DNA of 63,254 nt, counting the filler, from Sluysia triapertura (lineage: Eukaryota): assembly GCA_046118255.1 (NCBI GenBank). It is 5 parts of 5 records of this genome, joined end to end, with 100 filler letters (N's around TTAATTAATTAA, not from the genome) between each part and the next. Parts side by side here need not be neighbours in the genome. Positions count along the whole stretch, not along the records: positions 39,876 to 51,774 come from JBJNIA010159156.1; positions 51,875 to 63,254 come from JBJNIA010185379.1; 3 more parts are not named here. One strand, 5' to 3'. The first letter of the stretch is position 1. Each line of letters starts with the position of its first letter. The notes under the pieces are model-generated. The model had not been told where the DNA came from and made no database searches. It saw only the letters and a list, made by a program, of their open reading frames with translations. Positions 41,521-55,478 of the stretch are shown piece after piece. The translations under genes were made by a program, and so were the position numbers.

Positions 41521-43343
41521 AAAGTTGAAATGCTGTGTGCCAAGTTTAATTTTTTGGTAACTGAACGTTTCTAAACTATTCAAGTTATCATCAATTAAAC
41601 GTTTCCAAACACAATATTCAATTACTCGATAAGTTTATGATAGATTTTGTAAGTCTACTTTTAAATTCGGCTAAAAGAGGTTAAATAAATATACTGCCTG
41701 CGTTAATTAAATATATGAAAACTTAATAAACTTAAACTAACATTAAAAATCCGCAAAGTCACAAGATGCGAATATTTGATAAGCTGTTGTCGATACTTCA
41801 ATCTTTTAAATAAAATTCTCTACTATTTTTACACAATAATCTTGTAAAAGATATTACTTGTGTGGCATGTTGTAATTTGTGCTTCTACTTATGATCATTT
41901 TCACTGATGACTTTATAAGGTATTTAAAATAATAATTATTATAATTATTGTTATTTTTATTTTTTTTATTACTATCATTATAATTACAGAAGATTTATTA
42001 TTTGATATTATTATTACTGTTATTATTATCATTATTATAGTACTTTAATGCCTCGACATATGTAATTTTCCATGACAATTATTATTATACTTAAATTCCT
42101 AAAATTAAACGGTAATTCTGATATCCAATCAAGAATTCTAAGAAAAAATTTTATATTTTGCATCTTCGTAATTTTTTTTACAATTCTTTCTAAATAAGAA
42201 GTATTTATCACAGAATATTAATTAAATGTTGGCTTATGTTAGATTACAAAATATCACTTTTATCCATTTTTTTGATATCCGTAATGAATATATTTATATT
42301 ACATTTTCATGAGGCAGTGTAATCATGTTCGTGAGATAAGATTTTCAAGTGGAATTATAAATATATTTCATTTGCGGCGTTATGGAAATGCAAGCATCCA
42401 TTTTTACAAATTCTAGGCCTTTTTAGAACATGTTATTTAATTCATTGATTTCATATCACTAAGGTTCAACTTTAGTAAATAGACTGACCAGGATTAAAAC
42501 AGGGGAACATTTCTCTGTCGAATAGTACTTAGTCTATCAATTGATATTTACTATAGTCAATTTTACAAATTTTTTAAAGGAAACATTGTAGACCAATACT
42601 TGGATAAATAAACATATGGTTGACAGTAGTTTTAATTACAAAGCGCCACGTTACATTTCAATATTGTGTAGATGTAAAGCTGAGCAAGTGTGTAAAATTC
42701 ATTTAATTAAATATATATAGCATTAATCCATTTTATCCCAGAGATACTTAAATAAGAGGAAAAGATTAAACAAAGGATTAAGTGTACGACCACTGCATGT
42801 TAGTAATAAAGTTCTACTTTTTAAAAACAAGTGTATATAATAACAATAATTAAAACAATTTGTTCTATTAGTTATATTCTCTACAAATAACTTGCCCAAA
42901 GTTATTTCTTCGTCAATTATGTCGTTAGTATAATTTAAATGGAAAGGTTTTGTACAATGTTGTTTTATTTATAGTTTCATCGTCAGCCTGGGTTATTATT
43001 TGATTTAATGTGACACACAGATGGTATTTATGACAATTCTGAATAAACGGACTTAATTTATTTACAAACATTGTTTACGTTATTTATAAATTTTGATAAA
43101 CTTTAAAATGTTTTTGTTTAATTGTAATTTGAAATTTGGAGTCGAGATTAAAATTTAGACATTGATGCTCACTACAGGCACATTTTTAGGAATTAAAATT
43201 ACAGTGTGACTGCTTTAGATAACTCTTCATTTAAACAAATCCGTAATTGTTTCATTTGGAAATCATGGAATTCTATTTATTATTTTATTAAACCTTTTCT
43301 TAAATTAAAAATTATATTAGAATTAATTATGAAATTATTTTAG

Positions 43344-43452
43344 ACAAATTTTAAAGTTCAATGGGCTAGAATTGAACACTTATATGCACGAAGAAGATTT
43401 ATTATTGTACTTTTATACTACAAAAACGATGTTAGAAGATTTACAAATAAAG
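43344..43452 (+). CDS. Exon of a coiled-coil protein
   Basis: tag|...QILKFNGLELNTYMHEEDLLLYFYTTKTMLEDLQIK|gtaagt. Confidence 0.6.
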
Positions 43453-44558
43453 GTAAGTTTTCGTTTTGTCTTCCGTCAGTAGTGAGTTATTTTATTACGA
43501 TCGACAAAATTTCACAAGAAAGACTATCAAACTTAACATAATTTGCACAAATAAATTATGTGTAAATTATTAATTATTTATTCATAAGATAAAAATGATG
43601 AAGTACTATGAATAAAAAAGGTTTTACATATTTTAAGACTTCGGTACATTGTGGTGACCGAACTTATTTCTACGACTTCACTAATAATAATAATCATAAT
43701 CATAATCAATAATAATAGTAATCATAAACATATTCACAGTAATGTAATATTACAAAATTAAAAATTACAAATAAATATTGGCTGTCAAGTCAATTACATG
43801 CACATTCTTTTCAGCTGCTCTGATTTGCATGAATATGGCTAAAATAAATACCTAAAACTATAATTTATATATTTTAAAAAATAAAAATTTACATTTTAAA
43901 AAGTTAAGAAAATGAAAAAATCACGGTACTGAATTGAATTTTGTATTTGCTCTAATTATGTTCACACTTTATGAATCTAGAATTATTTTAACATTTGTAA
44001 TTATACTTACTGCGTATTTTACTGCAAAGTTGCTGATTACACAACTTTAACTATTTTTTTTGTTTTACTTCGTTATTTTGCGTTTTAACGAATACGATGA
44101 AGTTTAAAAGTTAGATCATAAGTTGCGAAATTTTAATTTACTTGTAAATATGATTTTGAAATTAATTTATATTGAAATTTATTTTATAATTCATGAAGTT
44201 AATATTTTTGCGAGTCTAAGTTTGTTAGCTACTTCAATTGACACTTTAGTCAATTTAGAGGAAATTTAAATTCAACCAACAAGTTTTATACTTCATCAAG
44301 TAAATTATAACATTAAATTATATTAATTATTCGATAAATTGCATTTATTATTCATAAATGGTTTAAGAGGCCACCTAAAGGTCATATAAATTTATTTAAA
44401 CTCATAGTTTGATTTATCTAAAATCGTGATATTAAGTACAATGTATTTTGCTAGAATTACGGCATTTAATAAATCATTATTTTAAAAAAAGTAAGCTTAA
44501 ATTTTAATTATATCGTTTATGATGAAATTTTTAGTAAAATATTATTAATATTTTTAAG

Positions 44559-44705
44559 TACGTTGAGTTAGAAGAAGAAAATAAACAATTAAATGCAACA
44601 TTATCAAAAATGGAAGACAGAATGGTTAAAATGGAATCTGAAAATAGAACTACAAAAGACAATTTAAGAGATTGCAAATCCAAAATCGAATTACTTGAAT
44701 TTCAT
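44559..44705 (+). CDS. Exon of a coiled-coil protein (weakly JAKMIP-like)
   Basis: ag|YVELEEENKQLNATLSKMEDRMVKMESENRTTKDNLRDCKSKIELLEFH|gtaagt; heptad pattern, phase 0. Confidence 0.65.
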
Positions 44706-44929
44706 GTAAGTTGTTTCATAAATTATTATTATATGTTGTCTTGTAAATTTTGGAATTTAACTTAAACGTTTACTATAAAGTACCTAATAGATATACGCGT
44801 ATTCTTTAACGTTAATTAACTTAAATAGTTATAAATTAATCAAAAATCCCTACGAGTTAATAATAAAAGAATTACCATAATATTTAATCGATCTTTTTAG
44901 ATCTAATTTAAACTTATTAAATTATTTAA

Positions 44930-45310
44930 GTTGGAAGGAGATCTCATGTAACACCTTATCTTAAGTAACTACATTGGTTGCCAATAATTCAAAATCAGGA
45001 CTATAATTTACAAATGCTTACATTACGAACGTCCCGGATATCTTTTAGAAATAATACGAAAACTGGAAACCAGGATGAATATTTCATTTAGGCATGATAA
45101 TCTATACATAATCCATAGTGATAACAAGCTGGGTGATATGTTGTATACCGTTTACGTCTCAAAAATATACAACCAATTACCAGAGAATGTCAAATTATTG
45201 GAAGATTATGAAATATTTAAGAAAAAGGCAAAGTTCTTTCTGTTTCAGAAATATTATTGTGAATTATTAACCTTAAGCGCTTTTGAGTACTTACGCAGTA
45301 GATATTGTTA

Positions 45311-45364
<54 letters not shown>
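44930..45364 (+). mobile_element. L2/CR1-group LINE 3' remnant with (TAT)n tail
   Basis: SHVTPYLK*LHWLPI and KIYNQLPENVK...FKKKAKFFLF. Confidence 0.7.
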
Positions 45365-45365
<1 letters not shown>

Positions 45366-47391
45366 TTAATCTCGCTACAGTTAGTGAAAACCAAATCGAT
45401 TAATGACGATTATCCTTTAACCTGCGGTACTTGCATTTTCTTTAAACGCTGACATCTATGCATCGGCCTTAAGTATGCAAGCCCGATATCATTGAGGATT
45501 CACGTTTATAAACGTATATAAACGCATAAATAAAAAATATATTAACGTTTTGTTTTCCACAAATTCTCACAATATGAAATTAATGAATTAAATAATGTTG
45601 GGAGTTAAACAATTAAATTAGGTGAGATAAACTTATATTAAATTGATATAAGTTTAAAAGTTACCAATTGAAAAACTGTTCAGTTTACTATAAGAGAAAC
45701 AAAATTATATACTTTAGAATATAAATGGTTTTGGAACGTGATTTATGTGTACTGAAAACTAAACTTGAGTTTACTTTTTATTATTATTATTATTGAATGA
45801 CTTTAGCGTGCTGAACTTGAGCTTACAAAATGCTAGTTTTTCATGTCATTCTCGTGTGTCAAGGCTAAAGCTGGTGTTTTATGGTAATTGTTTTCTAACA
45901 CATTGTATAAAATATGGAGGTTGTCGTTCACTCGTCTCTAGTGTAAGAGATAAAGTTTGATAAGATTAAAGTTCGATTTCTCTTCTTTCCTTTTAAAATA
46001 ATACGAACTAGGTTAACTTAATTAGTACTTTATTTATTCAATACAGAACTTGGCAAGTTGATGGAAGTTTATTTATAAAAGTAATTGTAACAAAATTGGG
46101 TTTATAAAAATTTGAATAAAATAATACCATATGTAACTATCAATTTATAAAAATTTGTTTAAAGATATTGTTAATTTAAATATTATTCCAATTAATCAAA
46201 ATAATCAAAATTAAGTTAATAGAATAATTATTAATCAAATTTCTTCTTTTGAAAGATACTTTAATACCTGCATGAAACTTTTTCGATAAACTTGAATAAC
46301 TGTTTTATCATTTTTAAATTGTTTCTTCTATAAAGTTTGATGAGCTTCTTCGTCTTCGATAAACTTCAATAAACTATGATCAAATATTGTAAATATACAT
46401 TCAATAAACTTTGGTGTCTACTTATACTTTTTGCTACAAAAGTGTTTCTATATTATTTTTATTATTATATCCAAAATTTTGTTCTGATTATGTTGTTATT
46501 ACTTTTTGGTATTTAACTTAGTTATTTTATAATAACAATTCTTGTTCTGTTAATTATTTTTTAATAAATTTTATTGATTTTGGCTATTTTATTTATAATA
46601 TTCCACTGTATTATCAGTTAAAATAATAGTAAAATATTTATTATTTTTTAATAAATTTCTATTAATGACTATTTTATTTGTGATTTCCAGAACAGAATAC
46701 TAAAAACTTACAATAGCTCTGCATTATTAACAATTATTTTAATACAATACAATATCTTTACAAATTATTTTCTGATAACATTAATCATTGACGATGACTT
46801 TTACAAAAATATTTTCTATTTTTCTATTAACAGTAACTTTATTTTCCTATTCATAATGACTTTATAAAAATATTTATTAACAAATAATGGGTTTTTATTT
46901 ATTAGCAATAACTTTTTATTTTCAATTTTACAAAAATAACTTTGAATATTGTAGTGAACTTCAGGTCAACTCATAATAATCACAAAGAAACACTAACATA
47001 AATCAATAGATCTTACATAAACAAATTATTAAACAAACTATAATACATTAAACCACTACTCAATAAGTACAAAACACAGTCATTATTTCATAATTATTAA
47101 AAATTTTTATTGTTGTTGCAATGCTTTCATTCTTATTACTATTATTATTGTTATTTCCACCATTACAACTTATATTTGTTTCATTATATTACTCAAATCG
47201 CTTAGAATAAGTCATCATAATGCTTCTGAAACAAAATGAATTTTGACTTTTTTAAAATATTTCATAAATAAGTATTCAAAATCGTTTAAAATAAATCACT
47301 CATTATAATATTTCTGAAACAGAAAGAATTTTATCTTTATTTAAAAAATATTCTACTCAATTACGATACTGATTATTTTTAAAATTTTGTT

Positions 47392-47790
47392 ATGATTTGG
47401 AAGCCATTTTTTCGATTGTTCATTTTCATGGTTTGCATATTTATTTTTACTATTTAACTTATAATATTATGGTTTAGTGAAAATGAACGTGATAATGATC
47501 ATGTAAATGCATTGCTAAAATATTCAGTTGATGATATTAAATGTTACAAAATATTTTAAAATGAAATTATTCGATAAGCAAGGCAAATTCAAATTTCCAG
47601 AGTACATGATATAATATGTAATGACACAAATCCATTTGAATACCATTTTCATATTTCTATATGAAATTAAAACTGACAATAATGATGATTGCACATGGAA
47701 TCATATGTGTTATATATGGCATCGAAAGCCAAATAAAAAATAAATGCCCATATTTAAGATGTCGTTCGACCAACAATATTACATTAGCTT
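47392..47790 (+). pseudogene. Decayed type II membrane glycosyltransferase N-terminus
   Basis: MIWKPFFRLFIFMVCIFIFTI* (TM-like) and IKCYKIF*NE (GT14 stem-like), then CPYLRCRSTNN (GT10 N-terminal-like). Several in-frame stops. Confidence 0.4.
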
Positions 47791-48878
47791 ATTTAGTATT
47801 GATCAATTTTAATTCCGTATCTAATCTTGTGAAACTTAATGTACTTTAATTTTAGAACCACCATCTTTTAATTATTTATATAAGTATGCCGGGTTTTTCT
47901 TTTCTAAATACACTTAACCTATCAGAAATTAATTTTTTTCTTATGTATTTCGTTAACTTCTAATATACGACTTATAAGACTAATATGCGAGGCGTACTTA
48001 CAATATTTTTTTAAAAAAATAATAAATAAGCGTTTTCAATTAATCTCTTCTTAACTTTAATATATTAACAACTAAAGTTACTAATTTAATCTCAGGTTCA
48101 ATATCTATCTAATTCTTAACTGAGTAGTATCATATGTAAAATCGTTCAGTTAAATCAGCAAAATAGAATCTACACGAAAGTTTATTGATGAAAAACGTGT
48201 GTTAAATTAAACACAATTTGTACAAAAATACTAAAAAATTGATAATCAATTATAATGTGTAAATAATAAGGTTATGAATAGAGTTTTTAGGCTCTAATGA
48301 AGTTTATTAAAGTTTAGAATTAATAAAGTTTATCATGTAAGTTATTGCTCATCTTAAGGCCAGTAAAAATGATTGAATTTAGAAATTATCGCTGACTCAA
48401 GGCCAGTGCAAATAGTTTGATGTTAGGTAAGATTTTGTGACTCCTCTTAATGATAAGTCAAAACTTAAATAATAAACATACCAATAACACTAATTTATTT
48501 CTCCTGGTGTAATGATTATCTTTGATAAAATCTTGTTTAATACTAATAATTGTGAATTAGTTACTGCCAAATTGCTTCAATAAAATTATACAACCAACTT
48601 CGGTTTTCTTCGTGACTTTTTTCAATAAAATGGCCTTTGTAAAACCAACTTCTGATTACTTTGTGAAATCACTATTAGAAATACTATTAGAAACCATATT
48701 AATAATTTAATTAATTTAAACAACCTTATCTAGAATGTTCTTATTTCTTTATAAATTTAGTTAATTTAAAATAATTAAATTTTATTTATAATTTTTATAA
48801 TTTTGAAACAAAATACATACAATAAACAATATAATATATATAAATGTTTATGAACATATATACAACCTTAACAATGAT

Positions 48879-49481
48879 ATGGCTCAAGTAATCAATTGGA
48901 CTGCTACTTATCGACATGAATCAACACCTTAAGATTTAACAAAAAGCCATAGTTATCATCGAAATTCAGATCATTTATAATACTCCCAATCAACGCTCTA
49001 AATATGTTAAAGAATTAAATAAATATATTCAAGTTGAAACTATTGGAAAATGTGGTCATGATATTTGTGGTCGAAATAAATTGTGTATGAAGAAAATCAA
49101 TAATTATTATTTTTATTTATCATTTAAAAATTCAAATTTTTGTGATTTTAGCACTGAAAAGTATTTCTTGAATGGGCTTAGTATTAGTAGATCATGGACA
49201 TATGCAGAAGAAGAAAATTTTCCACTAGCATTAGTTATTATGGTATATCGTGATGTTCGATTTCATCGATAATGATGACTATTTTTAAACCAGCAAATAT
49301 TTATTGTATTCATGTTGATATTAAAAGCAAACATTCAGTCAAAAAAGCAGTTGAATTATGGGTTTAAACTTATCCTCATAATGTCGCTACTCCGAAAAGA
49401 AAAATTCAGGTAATGCATAGTACTTTCTCAGTTTTAGAAATTCATTTACTTTGTATGGAGGCTTTATTAAAAAGCCAATGA
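48879..49481 (+). pseudogene. Chimeric alpha-1,3-fucosyltransferase (GT10) / core-2/I-branching GlcNAc-transferase (GT14) pseudogene
   Basis: GT10 motifs INWTATYRHES, RSKYVKELNKYIQVETIGKCG and YYFYLSFKNSNFCDFSTEK run in frame into GT14 EEENFPLA, then IFKPANIYCIHVDIKS and LLCMEALL. Confidence 0.78.
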
Positions 49482-49851
49482 ATATTGCTCTCTTGTGGAA
49501 TGTTAGTGAGATCTTTGTTTATACATTTTGCGGTGTTTATAATACAATGAAACATTTTAGACTTGTATCAACATATTTTATTAGTACTTATTATAATTGT
49601 CTTTACTTAAATTAAAACTTTATGATGAAATAGGTCATGAACTCCATTGCGGTTTAGTTAAATATCTTCTGACACTTAAAGTACTTATTTTAACGACGCT
49701 TTCTGCGAATACTACTTTAAATTCCGGTGTTGTATTATGCGAATCTTATCTTAGTCTATTATGATTCAACTGAAACTATAACACATTATTATTATTATAA
49801 TTATTATTGTTTTTATTATAATTATAATAATTATAATTATAATTATTATAG

Positions 49852-50067
49852 AACAAACAACTAAATATGGATCATAGAATAAGCCAAACTGATTTTCAGT
49901 CACAATTGACGGAGCTCAAGCAAACAGTAGCTTGTGCAGACGCAAGCAACAAAATATCATTAACTCAAAATAAAATTAATTCTGATAATAAATTGGCAAT
50001 TCAAGCTATGCCTTTTACTGCATCTGTTGCGGATTTATTGTTTGATTCATCTATTATTAATGATTGA
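49852..50067 (+). CDS. Candidate terminal exon, probably of the coiled-coil gene
   Basis: tag|NKQLNMDHRISQTDFQSQLTELKQ...SSIIND*; phase 0. Confidence 0.5.
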   Translation, partial: NKQLNMDHRISQTDFQSQLTELKQTVACADASNKISLTQNKINSDNKLAIQAMPFTASVADLLFDSSIIND

Positions 50068-50564
50068 ATAATTTGATAATATTTCTATTTCAAAGATGAC
50101 TTTGATTATTTAATTCTAAAAACTAACGATTTGTTTTAATTGGTTTTTCAAAATAATTTAAATTAATTTCATCTAATAATAAATATTTAATAAAGCCTTA
50201 AGTTATTCATTTTTAATATTTATATTTTCTATTGAAGAATTCATTTAATTTAAGTATATTTATGTGGTTTATTTAAATTAGCATCATTTTGCATCCATTA
50301 ATTCATAAAAATTCATAAAAATAATGTGATTTAAGATGAATTTATATTTAATACTACTTATACTGTAATAAGGATTAATTAAACTGTACTTTAGATAAGA
50401 CAGATAAGACAGACGATTTAAGTAAGAGTAAGACAGCGTCTCATGATATTAATTTAAATGCCAAATTTAAATTATTTTAAATTAATTAAAATTAAACCAA
50501 TAACAAAATTTGCATGCATTCTTTATGCGTTGCTTGCAATCCATTGTTAGACTTCATTAAATGA

Positions 50565-50643
50565 ATTGACTGGGATTTGAACTCGGGCCCTCTTACCCTA
50601 CAGCTGTGCAGTTTGATGCTCTGACGACTAAGCTATCAGCCTG
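50565..50643 (-). mobile_element. tRNA-derived SINE head or decayed tRNA (Cys-like)
   Basis: A-box TAGCTTAGTCG, D-stem GCTT/GAGC, CTGCA loop and B-box GTTCAAATCC. Acceptor and T stems are mismatched. Confidence 0.5.
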
Positions 50644-50714
50644 TCTAACAATTTCAGATTATTACAGTGAAGTATACTATCATTATTCTAAATGGGACTT
50701 TAAGCCTGTACCTC

Positions 50715-50777
<63 letters not shown>
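50715..50777. repeat. (AAT)n microsatellite
   Basis: Direct reading. Confidence 0.95.
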
Positions 50778-50778
<1 letters not shown>

Positions 50779-51075
50779 GTAATGTCATCGAAGCCATTAG
50801 ATCTATTTATTCATGTGACACAGGGTTCATATTTGCATCAAGTTTTAAGTAGGTAATAGCTGCCCGTTGTGGTGGCTTTCCCCATCCGTTGGGCATTATC
50901 ACTAGTTCTTTAAAACTTTTTGACTGCTGTCTGTATTTCCTTTTGAATGTAGAGTCTTTTTATCAGGGTTTCTGTTAAGGAATTAATGATATATACAGAA
51001 AGGTATATTCAGATAGATATATTCCTTGTCGTTGAATATGTGAACTGTACATCTTTTCCTGATAAACTGTTAGGT

Positions 51076-51560
51076 TGTCATAACGACCCTCAAAAATTAT
51101 ATAAAAATGCTTTAAACTTATTTATGAAACTCTAAAAGCTCTTAAAATATGTTTATTTTCCAAAAAAGGAAATAAAATTTCTAAAAAAAGAAAATTCGCT
51201 TCTAAAAACAGAATAGAAGCTTCAAGAATGTTCTAGAACATTCCATCGATTTTCATTGGCTGATAACTAGTACATTAACAGTCAGCGCCATTTTGAAAAA
51301 GATATTAAGTTTACTAGCTGCCATTTTATCCAGCGTTCTATTTGATAAATTTTTACAAGAATTGGAGTTTCTAGTCAAGTGATTCCGCAGTAAAATATTA
51401 TATCAAGGCCCTCCTTAGCCTTCCAGTATTAGCTGCTTATTCCATGAAAGGATAAATTATTGTATTTTAAGTAAATTTTGATTTTTCGTAAATCCGAATT
51501 ATAAAATCAGAAATTGATCATTGTATCGTAAGAACCTCGATATATTGAGGGAAACTTTCG
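51076..51560 (+). mobile_element. LTR-like repeat copy (best preserved)
   Basis: Starts TGTCATAACGACCC and is colinear with 40140-40650. Confidence 0.65.
51215..51244. promoter_or_regulatory. Perfect six-unit heat-shock element
   Basis: aGAAgcTTCaaGAAtgTTCtaGAAcaTTCc: six alternating nGAAn pentamers. Confidence 0.65.
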
Positions 51561-51774
51561 ATTTATTGAAACAACATTTTTACAGAAAAAGTATTAACTT
51601 TTGTAATAATTTTTCCTTATGTAATGATTATTGCTAGGAAGTCAGGATTTCGACTTCATTATTGTGCTTGAAGTTTTATGCAGACCAATTTTATTAGTCA
51701 AATTTCCGTTGAATTTCCGTCTTAATATTATCTAGCAAGTTGTTGCAATAAGAATAACTTTTCATATAAAAAGT

Positions 51775-51874
51775 NNNNNNNNNNNNNNNNNNNNNNNNNN
51801 NNNNNNNNNNNNNNNNNNTTAATTAATTAANNNNNNNNNNNNNNNNNNNNNNNNNNNNNNNNNNNNNNNNNNNN
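51775..51874. other. Artificial contig linker
   Basis: N44 TTAATTAATTAA N44. Confidence 0.97.
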
Positions 51875-54800
51875 TTACATTAACATATATTATATATTAT
51901 TTAAGTTACTAAAAGAAATATTTTATTTTATTTAGATTATTATATGTTGGTATAATATGTGGTGAATGTTTGTGATTGTCTGTGTTAGGAGTTTATATAT
52001 GAGCTGAACACTACAATCTATTCCGATTAAATGTTTATATTTAGGTCTTATTTCACAAGTAATGTTTTTACGAAGTTTTAATATTTACTCTACTCGTAAT
52101 TATAGTTATCTTTATCAAGATATCATATATATGTTTATAGTTAATAACCAGACAAATTATTTACTTAGTACCCTTACATTACTAGATGTGACAACAATTG
52201 CTGAAATTAATTCTCTTCACGTAACTACAACGATTATAAGTAGAAAGTTGATAAAAGAATTCAAAATGTTTATGAAAACGACAGCATAACCCCTCGATAT
52301 TGTCAATATGTGTGTAATATCACATAAGGATAAGTTAAATAAGCAATTAATTCCATGTCTTAATGTTGATGTTTGAGGAAAAGAAAATCTTCAATTTGTT
52401 CGCACCTCTATAGATTTCTGCACAATAAAGAGATTATTTCCTAAAACATTCACGTAAATGTAGTAATTCGAAACAGTTAAATCATGTACAACAATTATAT
52501 AACGTTATAACTTGTATGTTAAGTGGAAAACAATTAATGGAGTGTCACATACCAATCGTTATTTCAACTGCCGACAACTTATGCTTAGAATCGTGGACAC
52601 AAGTCGTGCCAGGCACTTTCTATTGTGATTCTGGTTCAATGTGGCAACGATGGTGACTTTCAGGTAATAATGCTTTTTAATTATTTTCATATAAATATCC
52701 TTTTTATTTCTGATATCTATTTTTTAATTTCCTTGAAATATTTTCAGAAAAAACAAAATCGAAATAGAAAGTTAAATAATAAAATTTTTAATATTGTAAA
52801 TAAATGATATGTTCTGTGTTAATATTTTTAGTAAATATCTTATCAAATTTAACTTATTTAAATGTAAAGGAAAGTTTTTAATATCTAAATGTATTTTATC
52901 AAATAAATTATGAAATATTAAGCTTTTAATTAAAAGAAATTTTTCTGTAATTTTAAGAGTAATTATCTATCAAAACCGTTATTCATTATCACCAAATTAG
53001 AAGAAACATTGTTCATATTTCGCCAAGAAAAATTGTCAATCACTGTTTGTTTATTATTTCCACTGCTAATATTTCCACTGTAGTGGACTTTAAATCACAA
53101 TCATAAACACATTTCATCACAAATCTACACATGTCACATAAACAAATTAATAAACAAATTACAACTCATCTATACTCTATTCAATGCATAAAAACGTTAA
53201 CATGATAATAATAACTTCATATATTGTCGTTGTTACTATTGTTTCCATTTTATTGCTTTCGTTATTTATATCCACGCCTTCGTATCTGTGTATTGTATCT
53301 CTTGTTATCTTTATTAGTATGTTATTTTGTGTGTAATAGCGATTACATTGTCTGATTTATCGAATAATCGTAATTCGAAATATAGGGTTAGAGAAAGTAA
53401 TTTGATTGGATCATATTTTGAATTGGATAAATCACTGACTACAATTATACCATAGACAGATTTCATTGTTATATTTTATGATGTTACTTCTATTATTTTC
53501 GGTTTTTATCATAATATAAAATTCTCAATTTGTTCGCATTAGTATTTTTATTAGCCAAATTAGTTAAATGTTTTAGCGGCCTTAAACCGATGTTTAATTA
53601 TTTAAATAATGTAAAGTTAAACATGTTATAATTTGATTTCAATTTGACATTTTTTAAATAATTTTAAATATAAAAAGAACCCACTAAAACTACGATAACT
53701 AGTCTCTTTTATTTACTCAAGTCAATCGCTGTCTGACGTTTTAATGCAGAAAAATAGCGATAAGTTGATGCAACACACATAGTATAAAAATAACATTAAC
53801 GAATGACTTCGAAAAATATAAAAAACCGAATAAAAGTATTGAAGCGACGAGACTGGTAAATTACGTATCCACAATCATAGTTTAGGACTTCAATAATTTT
53901 AAGTACGGAGTAGACGTAATACAAATAAATCCAAAATATCTTATCATACTGTAGACAACTCAAATACAGCTGCGATTACGTTTTATTTAACTTAAAGTCA
54001 AAAAAGATAATTCAGCTCATATAGATACTCTTATGATACTTGGATTAGATATGAAACATTTAAAATTGTTTATTATTTACACTTTTGACATAGTAATGAA
54101 TATTATTCAGAATATATATATATATATATAGTGTTTTATTTGAATATTTTTATTCTTAGATGTTTTATTAGTGTTTTATCTAAACTAGCTAATTTTAATG
54201 AATATTCTTTGTTTTTATTTGTAATGTAAAGTTTTTTATTTAATTTTTTTAGTTAATTGTTTAATTGGTAAAATATTGATTAATTTTATAATGTTTCGTA
54301 AGAATAAAATAAATCTAAATGAACACTTTTGCATATTTATTCATTTTATTAGTGTACCATCTAAAGATAATAATATAATTTGTATTTCATTTCGTATTTT
54401 GTATTATTTATAAAACACTGCTACACTTTCACAACTCCACGATTCGAGTGATCAATATTAGGATTTAAAGTTTGTATTTTCGAAAGGTAACGTACACTTA
54501 ATAAGACACTTATTTCATTAGAATGTACATAGACCTTTTAGCAGTTAGTTTGATCAATCATTTGAGCTACAAATTCAAATCAGTGAACCGACGAAATACA
54601 CTATTTTCTAATCTTGTAATTGATCAATATTTTAAATACAAATCACTCGAATAAACATTATTAATGTTTACCCAGTTTAGTGACAAAATCGGATTATTTA
54701 ATCACACTTTAAAAGATGATCATTTTTTTAATGTTTCCTTTAGAAAATGATGAAAAACCTATACAAATGAAACTTAATACTTATCATGGAAAAACAAATT

Positions 54801-55478
54801 CTGAAATTCTTGTGTTTAGATATTGATAATCTTCCAACTGATGTATGAGAATCCCATTAATTGATTTGAATCGTTACTAGCTTCGTCCTTTCTAGAAACA
54901 AATCGTGCGAAGTATGAGAGGCAAACTACTTACACAAAAATTTCTTGTTAATGGTCAGTTGAAATATTTTTTTAATTATTATATTACATTTCGGATAAAT
55001 AGTAAAATTATTGTTAAATTGATAATTAAATTCGAAATAAAAGATTATTTATATGAATGCTATTTATACTGATAGATCTAGAATGTGCCAAAAACTAATA
55101 AATTTATCTTGCTAAAACTATTTTTTCAATTATTATTATAATTAATTTCAATTAAAATTAATTTTTATTAAATAAAATAAATTTAACTGAACAAATTTCA
55201 ATAACAAAAAGTAATATATAATAAAAGAAATTATAGAGATAGATATATTATCCATTTTATTTATATTATATGTTATAATAATGGTATATCACGGCATTAT
55301 AAATAATTCTAAAGTATTAAAATATATAAAATATTTTAGCCATTTTTTATTTCTATTTTATTTTATAATAATTGTTTGTCACGGCATTGTAAATAATTCA
55401 AAAGGATTAAAATATATAAAATGCCCATATTATATTAATGTAATTTATTATATAATTTAAACATTTTAAATTAATACT

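Noticed and set aside
45807-45836. Possible short terminal exon RAELELTKC*
   Set aside because: Phase-compatible with the coiled-coil gene but too short to support; 49852-50067 fits equally well.
47392-49481. Stop-codon reassignment to explain in-frame TAA/TAG/TGA
   Set aside because: PAK and XPO4 end at TAA and their long exons lack internal stops. The affected loci also have frameshifts, so they are pseudogenes.
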